A stretch of DNA of 64,000 bases from an uncultured cyanobacterium. Its GTDB lineage: Bacteria; Cyanobacteriota; Cyanobacteriia; Cyanobacteriales; CAWCAG01. Below are positions 47,165-54,261 of this stretch, piece by piece. Below the pieces are notes generated by a model. That model searched no databases. It worked only from the letters and a program-made list of their open reading frames with translations, and was not told the origin of the DNA. The stretch covers positions 768,001 through 832,000 of the forward strand of contig CAWCAG010000009.1 of NCBI GenBank assembly GCA_963793425.1. The letters run 5' to 3'. Position numbers and translations under genes: made by a program. How positions within the stretch are numbered: position 1 is the stretch's first letter; every line of letters starts with the position of its first letter.

Positions 47165-49462
47165 ATGCAATACAAACCCCAGTTTAATCCTTGTTACTCT
47201 ATTGAAACTATAGAACCAAATCAGGTCTTCTTCTTATCTGAAAGAGAAAAAGCTTGGTTGTGTAATCGCCTATCTTATGATTTAGCTAATTTAATCGATG
47301 GCGATCGCACTAATGACGAAATTATTGATACCCTACAACAGTTACTACTACAAGACCCAAAAACTTTACAGCAAGCCAGTACTTTCTTCCAAGAAGTTCT
47401 TAATGTGAGTCTGCAAGCTCAATCTGCCTTATTGCAAATGCAACAGCAAGGCTATCTTGTTGAAAAAGATAACTCTATTCCATCTCACTTAAGCATCTTC
47501 TGCCATCATCTCAATATTGCTCCTAACCTAGCCCAGCAACGCTTGCAAACGATTAAAGTTGCTGTGAAAACTTGCGGTTCAGTTGCGACTGAGGACTTTG
47601 TTGCTACCCTTGAGTCTTTACAAATTCAAGTAGCAGAAGAAGGTGATTTAACAGTAGTCTTAACCGATAACTATCTCAATCCTCAGCTAGATAAATTTAA
47701 CCAACAATCCCTCGAATCTAAATCTCCCTGGTTGCTGGTTAAACCAGTAGGGACAATAGTTTGGCTCGGCCCCTTATTTCACCCCAACAAAACTGGCTGT
47801 TGGCAATGCTTAGCCAAGCGTCTGCGAGATAATCGACCGATTGAAGGGTTTATAGAAAGACAAAAAGAAACTTCTTCTCCTTTAACGACTCCTTTAGGCT
47901 TCTTACCATCTACAGTGCAAACTGCATTGGGAATGGCTGCTACAGAAGTGTTCAAATGGATTATTCAAGGAGAAAATCAACAATTAGAAAATAACTTACT
48001 TACTTACGATAATATTACCCTGCAAACCCAACATCATTCTTGGGTTAAGCGTCCTCAATGTTCTAGCTGTGGAGAACAAAAAAATAGCTTACTCAAACCT
48101 ATTGTTTTACAACATCGTCAGAAAAACTTCACTGCTGACGGAGGACATCGCATCTGTTCACCCCAAGAAACTCTTAGGAAATACCAACATCATATTAGCC
48201 CCATTACTGGCATTGTACGGGAACTAAACAAGATTCCTGTCAACAGCTTAACTCACAACTACATCGCTAAACATCATTTCTTAAGTACTTTCGATAATGT
48301 AGCTAGTTTGCAGCAAAACTTGGGGGGTAGAAGTGCAGGGAAAGGTAGGACTAACTCTCAAGCAATGGCTAGCGGTTTTTGTGAAGCAATTGAACGCTAT
48401 TCTGGGGTATTTCAAGGGGATGAAGTTAGGCAAAAAGGTAGTTATCTGCAAATGGGAGACAAAGCTATACATCCCAACGCTTGTATGAACTTTAGTCAAC
48501 GGCAATATCACCAGAGAAAACAATGGAATCTTGAATGTCAAGGCTGGTTTCAAAAAGTACCTGAACCCTTTGAGGAAGATAGAGTTATTGATTGGACTCC
48601 GGTTTGGTCTTTAACTCACCAGGAATTTAAGTATTTGCCCACAGCGTACTGTTATTATGGCTATCAAACAGACTATCAAACAGACTGTTGGGCTGATTCT
48701 AATGGTTGTGCCACGGGAAATACCATTGAAGAAGCGATTCTGCAAGGATTTATGGAATTAGTGGAGCGGGATGCTGTTGCTTTGTGGTGGTATAACTGTC
48801 TGCAAAAACCCCAAGTAGATTTAGACAGTTTTGATGAGCCTTACTTTCAAAGTCTGAAGCAATATTATCAAACAATTAACCGAGAAATTTGGGTTTTAGA
48901 TATTACCAGTGATTTGCACATTCCTGTCTTTGCTGCGATTAGTCGGAAAAAGGATAGCAAGGTAGAAAATATTGTCTTGGGCTATGGCGCTCATTTTGAT
49001 GCCAAGATTGCCATTAGTCGGGCTTTGACTGAAGTTAACCAAATTTTACCTAACGTCTTATTTACCAAAGCAGATGGTAGTACGAATTATCCCCCATCGG
49101 CGGATACCTTGGCTGTGGACTGGTGGCAAACTGCCACTGTAGCCGATCAATCTTATTTAGTCCCAGATGAGCGAATTGCGGTCAAAGTTAGCAATGATTA
49201 TCCTCAAATGGCCAGTGACGATTTACTTGAAGATGTCAAGCTTTGTCAGAAAATGGTTGAGAAAAACGGTATGGAAATGCTGGTTTTAGACCAAACTCGT
49301 GCTGATATTGGTTTAAGAGTTGCTAAGGTAGTTGTTCCGGGAATGCGCCATATGTGGCAAAGGTTAGCACCCGGAAGGCTGTATGAGGTTCCGGTGAAAA
49401 TGGGTTGGTTGCTAAAACCATTAGCCCAAGAGCAACTCAATTCTTTTCCGATGTGGATGTAA
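47165..49462 (+). CDS. PatD/TruD-like fused E1-YcaO cyclodehydratase (TOMM/cyanobactin heterocyclase)
   Basis: GPLFHPNKTGCWQCL, RPQCSSC, DGGHR, SAGKG, EAIERYSG, DSNGCATG and ELVERD; C-terminus LNSFPMWM. Confidence 0.93.
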   Translation: MQYKPQFNPCYSIETIEPNQVFFLSEREKAWLCNRLSYDLANLIDGDRTNDEIIDTLQQLLLQDPKTLQQASTFFQEVLNVSLQAQSALLQMQQQGYLVEKDNSIPSHLSIFCHHLNIAPNLAQQRLQTIKVAVKTCGSVATEDFVATLESLQIQVAEEGDLTVVLTDNYLNPQLDKFNQQSLESKSPWLLVKPVGTIVWLGPLFHPNKTGCWQCLAKRLRDNRPIEGFIERQKETSSPLTTPLGFLPSTVQTALGMAATEVFKWIIQGENQQLENNLLTYDNITLQTQHHSWVKRPQCSSCGEQKNSLLKPIVLQHRQKNFTADGGHRICSPQETLRKYQHHISPITGIVRELNKIPVNSLTHNYIAKHHFLSTFDNVASLQQNLGGRSAGKGRTNSQAMASGFCEAIERYSGVFQGDEVRQKGSYLQMGDKAIHPNACMNFSQRQYHQRKQWNLECQGWFQKVPEPFEEDRVIDWTPVWSLTHQEFKYLPTAYCYYGYQTDYQTDCWADSNGCATGNTIEEAILQGFMELVERDAVALWWYNCLQKPQVDLDSFDEPYFQSLKQYYQTINREIWVLDITSDLHIPVFAAISRKKDSKVENIVLGYGAHFDAKIAISRALTEVNQILPNVLFTKADGSTNYPPSADTLAVDWWQTATVADQSYLVPDERIAVKVSNDYPQMASDDLLEDVKLCQKMVEKNGMEMLVLDQTRADIGLRVAKVVVPGMRHMWQRLAPGRLYEVPVKMGWLLKPLAQEQLNSFPMWM

Positions 49463-49492
49463 ACATCTCCTTTCTCACGAATGTTATTTTCC

Positions 49493-49547
49493 ATGAGTTT
49501 TTATATGAGTTTTATAGGTTGTTACTTATCAAACCGTGAATAACAAT
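49493..49547 (+). promoter_or_regulatory. direct-repeat promoter upstream of the PatA-like protease
   Basis: ATGAGTTT twice at 12-bp spacing, with TAACAAT 36 bp after the start of the second repeat. Confidence 0.6.
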
Positions 49548-49663
49548 ACTGACAAGATAAGCAGGATGTCTATTAAATGAAAAGCCTAGTTTTCTCTCAA
49601 CTCCTTGAATAAGTCAATTCTGCACAAACAGAAATTTAATCAGTTATCAGGAGAAGTAAGCAG

Positions 49664-51868
49664 ATGACCAGCAATCCGAGCCTAGCAACTGTTTCAGCCA
49701 GTAGTATCACTGATATTTCAGCCTTGCCTGGTCTAAAATCCCTTTGGGCTGAAACTCTAGGAGATCCTCGGATTTGCGTAGCGATTCTTGACGGCCCTGT
49801 TGACCAATCCCACCCGTGTTTAGAAAATGCTCAACTAAAAAGACTACCCAGTTTAGTATCAGACCATGCTGGTAAAGGTATTATGTCTGCTCACGGTACT
49901 CATATTACCAGTACAATTTTTGCTCAACCTAGTGGAGACGTTCGTGGTATTGCACCTGAATGTCGCGGTCTGATAATTCCTGTGTTTTCCGACAACGGAA
50001 AAGGTAAGCTTTCGCAGCTTAACCTCGCTAGAGCTATTAATCAAGCCGTCGAACAAGGCGCACAGGTGATTAATATTAGCGGCGGTCAAAAGGTAGAACA
50101 GCCTCAAGAGGCCGATCCGATGTTGGTGAAAGCAGTTGAGTTCTGTAACAACGAGGGGGTTTTGATTGTTGCTGCTGCGGGTAACGATGGATGTGAATGC
50201 CTTCATGTTCCAGCAGCTTTACCTTCAGTGTTGGCAGTGGGAGCAATGAATGCTCAAGGATTACCTTTCGATTTCAGTAATTGGGGCAAAACCTACCAAA
50301 CTCAAGGTATTCTCGCTCCTGGTGAAAATATATTAGGTGCATTACCTGACGGCGGTACTACTGTCATGAGCGGTACTAGCTTTGCTAACCCTGTCGTATC
50401 TGGTGTTGCTGCTTTATTACTCAGTATTCAGCTTTTACGTGGAGAGAGGCCAAATCCTCATGCTGTGCGAGCAGCTTTACTCGATAGTGCTTTCCCCTGT
50501 GACCAGCTAAAAGTTTCTAATTGTCATCGTTTTTTAGTAGGTAGTCTCAACATTCTTGGAGCATACAACTTAATTAACAACGGAGAAATAAGCAATATGT
50601 CTGAGTCTCAATCAGATTTGGAAACTATCCAACCCAGTCAAACTAATAATCTTAATCAAACAGAATCTGCAAATGTGATACCAGCTAATAACTCAGAATC
50701 TGTCACAGCAACATCTAGCAATACTCCAGTACCAATGCAGATTGCCAATAATGGAATGGCTGTAATGCCCAGTAACAACGGAATGATTTCTATGCCCTAT
50801 CAGGTCGTGGCTGTTCCAGCAATGGGTAATAATCAAATGGCTGTTGTACCTAGTGTAGCTGCTACATCTAACGCTGTAGTTAATTCAGGAACTTGCGGTT
50901 GTCAAAATGGTGTAGTTACTTCAAATGCCACTCCTAACGAAATAGTAGATTCTTTTGTTTATGCCATTGGATTAATTGGTTATGATTTTGGCACTGAAGC
51001 GCGTCGGGACAGCTTTAAACAGTTGATGCCAGAATATACTCCAGAAGATTCAGAGCAAGAAAACCTAGTACTTCCGGCTAATCCCTATGATGCTAGGCAG
51101 ATGGCTCGTTACTTAGAAGAAAATCGAGATGAAGCCAAATCGCTTATTTGGACATTGAACTTAGACCTAACCCCAATCTATGCAATTGAGCCTCAAGGAG
51201 CCTTTGCTTCGGATGTCTACGGGCAATTACAAGATTTTTTAGCTGGACAGGTTAAGGCTGAAGATGATGATGAATATATTGAGAGAACTTCAATTCCAGC
51301 TATTTTGACTGGTAGAACCGTAACCCTCTTTTCTGGAGAGGTTGTTCCGGTCATTCGACCGATAAATACTCGTGGGATGTATGCTTGGCAAATTAATCAG
51401 TTAATCGATAGTGTCATAGCAGTGACCCAGCAAAGGTCTGAACAGGAAGGACTCACATCTCCTAGCGACGAAGTAATTGAAGAAATCAAGTATTCGTTAA
51501 GAAGTTTTCTAGAGCGAGTATACTATGATTTACGAAATCTGGGACAAACCTCTCAAGAGCGGGCCCTGAACTTTGCGGCAACCAACATTTTTCAGTATGC
51601 AGATGCCTTGGTACAAGTTTTAAGAAATAAGAAACGTCCTAGCGAGACAGGGGAAACACTAACAGCCGTAACTATGCAACTTGACTCTTTTCAAACAGAA
51701 AGAAGTCCTTTCTGTCGTAAAGATTCTGATTGCTGGGATGTGAAGCTGAAATTCTTTGATCCAGAAAATGCTCGGCGTGCGAGAAGAGTCATTCGCTATA
51801 CCCTGGATGTGAGTGATGTCATGCCAGTGACTCTAGGTAAAGTTAGAATCTGGGACGAAGCAAGCTAA
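49664..51868 (+). CDS. PatA-type cyanobactin maturation protease (S8 domain + PatG-C-terminal-like domain)
   Basis: Catalytic triad ILDG/HGTH/GTSFA; C-domain YDFGTEARRDSF...SPFCRKDSDCWDVKLKFFDPEN. There is no macrocyclase insertion between the Asp and His motifs. Confidence 0.93.
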   Translation: MTSNPSLATVSASSITDISALPGLKSLWAETLGDPRICVAILDGPVDQSHPCLENAQLKRLPSLVSDHAGKGIMSAHGTHITSTIFAQPSGDVRGIAPECRGLIIPVFSDNGKGKLSQLNLARAINQAVEQGAQVINISGGQKVEQPQEADPMLVKAVEFCNNEGVLIVAAAGNDGCECLHVPAALPSVLAVGAMNAQGLPFDFSNWGKTYQTQGILAPGENILGALPDGGTTVMSGTSFANPVVSGVAALLLSIQLLRGERPNPHAVRAALLDSAFPCDQLKVSNCHRFLVGSLNILGAYNLINNGEISNMSESQSDLETIQPSQTNNLNQTESANVIPANNSESVTATSSNTPVPMQIANNGMAVMPSNNGMISMPYQVVAVPAMGNNQMAVVPSVAATSNAVVNSGTCGCQNGVVTSNATPNEIVDSFVYAIGLIGYDFGTEARRDSFKQLMPEYTPEDSEQENLVLPANPYDARQMARYLEENRDEAKSLIWTLNLDLTPIYAIEPQGAFASDVYGQLQDFLAGQVKAEDDDEYIERTSIPAILTGRTVTLFSGEVVPVIRPINTRGMYAWQINQLIDSVIAVTQQRSEQEGLTSPSDEVIEEIKYSLRSFLERVYYDLRNLGQTSQERALNFAATNIFQYADALVQVLRNKKRPSETGETLTAVTMQLDSFQTERSPFCRKDSDCWDVKLKFFDPENARRARRVIRYTLDVSDVMPVTLGKVRIWDEAS

Positions 51869-51897
51869 CTATTTATTCAATAACAAAAATTAGACAA

Positions 51898-52056
51898 ATG
51901 AAATACTCAAAACAATCAAAATTACCTAAGCAAGTTGCCCCCATACAGCGACTTTCTACCTCAGTTGCACCTTCTAGTAATAATGGCGTTGAAGCTAGTG
52001 GAATATTCGATTTAATACGACAATTGCCTATTATTAGGACATTTGCTCGCAAATAA
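51898..52056 (+). CDS. cyanobactin-like RiPP precursor 1 (52 aa; core GIFDLIRQLPIIRTFARK)
   Basis: Manual translation MKYSKQSKLPKQVAPIQRLSTSVAPSSNNGVEAS|GIFDLIRQLPIIRTFARK. Confidence 0.85.
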   Translation: MKYSKQSKLPKQVAPIQRLSTSVAPSSNNGVEASGIFDLIRQLPIIRTFARK

Positions 52057-52148
52057 TGATCTAGTTTTTCTATAGAGACTTTTTTAGCGATTACACAGCG
52101 AAACTTGGTTGTAATGTTGCAAAAATCCCTTAACTAAATAAGAAAGCA

Positions 52149-52247
52149 ATGAAACTGGCAATACAAGCTGGACACGTACCGCGAATTAGCGAAAACTTCC
52201 GGCATACAAACAATCACTATTCTGAAACAAAGGAGTTTCTATTATGA
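52149..52247 (+). pseudogene. possible degenerate precursor remnant (32 aa)
   Basis: MKLAIQAGHVPRIS... aligns positionally with MKMPKQAQPVKR but has no VEAS site or core. Confidence 0.35.
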
Positions 52248-52405
52248 AAATGCAGAAACATAAAATGCCCAAACAAACGGCTCCCATCGCCAGAAATCTT
52301 AATACTACTGCTCAAGCTAGCGACCAGAATAGCGGCGTTGAAGCCAGTATTCCCTGGGGTCTTCTCGCAGGAGCAATTCCAGCCATTACTAGTTTATTCA
52401 ACTAG
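52244..52405 (+). CDS. cyanobactin-like RiPP precursor 2 (53 aa; core IPWGLLAGAIPAITSLFN)
   Basis: Manual translation MKMQKHKMPKQTAPIARNLNTTAQASDQNSGVEAS|IPWGLLAGAIPAITSLFN, with an AGGAG RBS at 52231. Confidence 0.88.
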   Translation: MKMQKHKMPKQTAPIARNLNTTAQASDQNSGVEASIPWGLLAGAIPAITSLFN

Positions 52406-52566
52406 CTAATTTGTTTGGGGGTTAATTGAGGCTTTGAGTTGAATTAACTTAATTCTGATTAACTTACCTGGCAAAAATTGCTTATAAAACGGTTATTGAT
52501 CGCTGGTCTGAATAAGTTGCACTCCAGCGATCGCCTCAATTACTGAAAAAACAAGGAGTACACACT

Positions 52567-52746
52567 ATGAAAATGCCCAAACAAACGGCTCCCATTGCCA
52601 GAAATCTCAACACTACTGCTCAGGCTGCTGACCAGAATGCTGTTGAAGCTAGTGCAAATTGGGGAAAGATTGGGGGAATTGGGAGTGCTATTGGAGCTGG
52701 TATTACAGGTCTTCAAGCACTAAAAGATTGGTTCAGAGGAAATTAG
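52567..52746 (+). CDS. cyanobactin-like RiPP precursor 3 (59 aa; core ANWGKIGGIGSAIGAGITGLQALKDWFRGN)
   Basis: Manual translation MKMPKQTAPIARNLNTTAQAADQNAVEAS|ANWGK...FRGN, with an AAGGAG RBS. Confidence 0.88.
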   Translation: MKMPKQTAPIARNLNTTAQAADQNAVEASANWGKIGGIGSAIGAGITGLQALKDWFRGN

Positions 52747-52850
52747 TTAGGGATCTGAATCAATTTCCTTCAATTCTGATGTGGATCGCTGGTTTCTTTA
52801 TATTATTGCCCAGCGATCGCACTTAACTTTAGCTTAGAGAGAAATAATTT

Positions 52851-53087
52851 ATGAAAATGCCAAAACAAGCTCAACCAGTCAAAAGGCCGCAACTCATTGA
52901 ACCTTACAAAACAGTAGATGTTATTCAAGGAGAGGAGGAAAGTTTGTTGAATGTTCGCTTCGATTTGTTACATGGAGCTAACTATAACGATCCAGCGAGG
53001 TTAAGAGTTGCAGTTGACTCTTGCGGCTGTCATATATTTTCTGGAACTTCAATGTCTCAATGTCTAGCAGTTTGCGGCTTAGTATAG
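52851..53087 (+). CDS. PatB/AcyB-like protein with a Cys-rich C-terminal extension
   Basis: PatB signature PVKRP...VD...LLHGANYNDP and tail SCGCHIFSGTSMSQCLAVCGLV. Confidence 0.85.
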   Translation: MKMPKQAQPVKRPQLIEPYKTVDVIQGEEESLLNVRFDLLHGANYNDPARLRVAVDSCGCHIFSGTSMSQCLAVCGLV

Positions 53088-53140
53088 AGCCAAAAACAAC
53101 AAAAAGCTTAATCTTTTTGGGTATAAAGAAGGAGAAATAA

Positions 53141-53497
53141 ATGTCGTTGCAGTGTATACAGCAGACTATTAGGCAAGAAATAAAAACTAGAGAAGTTCAA
53201 AGAGAAAGTATAACAGAACGCATATTTAAGCTTTATCTACAAGGACTAAAAAACGGGAAAAACAAAGAAGATAAACAATATGAAACTTTGTTTAACAAAA
53301 TAGATAGTACAGCTCATTGGAAGCAACGTCTTGATAGTTCTCATAGTAAAGAAATGTGGCTTAAGAAACTTGAGAGGATAGCAGAAAAACTTGAATTTCA
53401 AATAACTAAAAAAGAGAGTAAAGCACTTGAGAAAGTAGTCTGCCAGCTTAATCACAATTGGGGTGAGCATTGGGAAAGAGGACGGATCTGGGCATAA
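53141..53497 (+). CDS. hypothetical Lys-rich helical protein in the RiPP locus
   Basis: 118-aa ORF with a strong AAGGAG RBS. Confidence 0.7.
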   Translation: MSLQCIQQTIRQEIKTREVQRESITERIFKLYLQGLKNGKNKEDKQYETLFNKIDSTAHWKQRLDSSHSKEMWLKKLERIAEKLEFQITKKESKALEKVVCQLNHNWGEHWERGRIWA

Positions 53498-53547
53498 GTC
53501 AAAGTTGAAATATTGTTCTTCAAGTGTGATTGCTCAGGACAAATTAA

Positions 53548-54261
53548 TTGCAGATTATGCTCCAAGAATATAGGATTATTGATGCAGACTCCCATGTGGT
53601 TGAACCTCTAATTATGTGGGGTGAGTATCTCGAACCAGAATTCCAAAAGTTTGCACCTTCAATAGATATGAAAATGCAAGGGGAAGAGATTGTCGAAAAG
53701 GTGTCTAAGCAAGTTAGCGCTATCGGCAATAGGCAAATGATGCAGGCTCATCCTCATGCTTATTTCCAAGGCTATAGTGTTAAGTCTCACCTGGAAGAAA
53801 TGATAAAGATGGGTGTGGATGTGGCTTTTCTTTATCCAACTTATGGGTTGTGGCTTTGGGCGATAGATTCTATGCAACCGGAAGTTGCGGGGGCTTTTAC
53901 CCGTGCCTATAACAAGTGGTTAAAGTACTTTTGCGGCCATGCTCCAGATAGGTTGCAAGGGGTAGGAGCAATCAATCTGCACGCCCCAGAAACCCTGGTA
54001 GGCCAGTTACATCAGATTGCTGATTTTGGTTGGAAAGCGGTGTTTGTACGTCCCAACCCCATCAAAGGAAGACTGTTGAGTGACTCTGCTTATGAGCCTT
54101 TTTGGACAGAATGCGAACAGTTAGGTATAGCAGTTGGCATTCACGAAGGGACTCACTCTCGTTTGCCCACTACTGGCACAGATAGGTTTAACACTCGCTT
54201 TTCGCTAATGGGGGAGCGCAACAAGGCTTTCTCATCCTGGAAAAAGAGGAGCAATGGGTAA
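53548..54261 (+). pseudogene. amidohydrolase_2 family protein, C-terminally truncated
   Basis: IIDADSHV, YPT, AYNKWL and GIHEG are present. Family-like sequence stops near 54205 and runs into unrelated sequence. Confidence 0.8.

Noticed and set aside
49664..51868. Protease as a PatG macrocyclase
   Set aside because: The segment between the catalytic Asp and His is short, with no helix-turn-helix capping insertion and no oxidase domain. The precursors also lack an RSIII follower.
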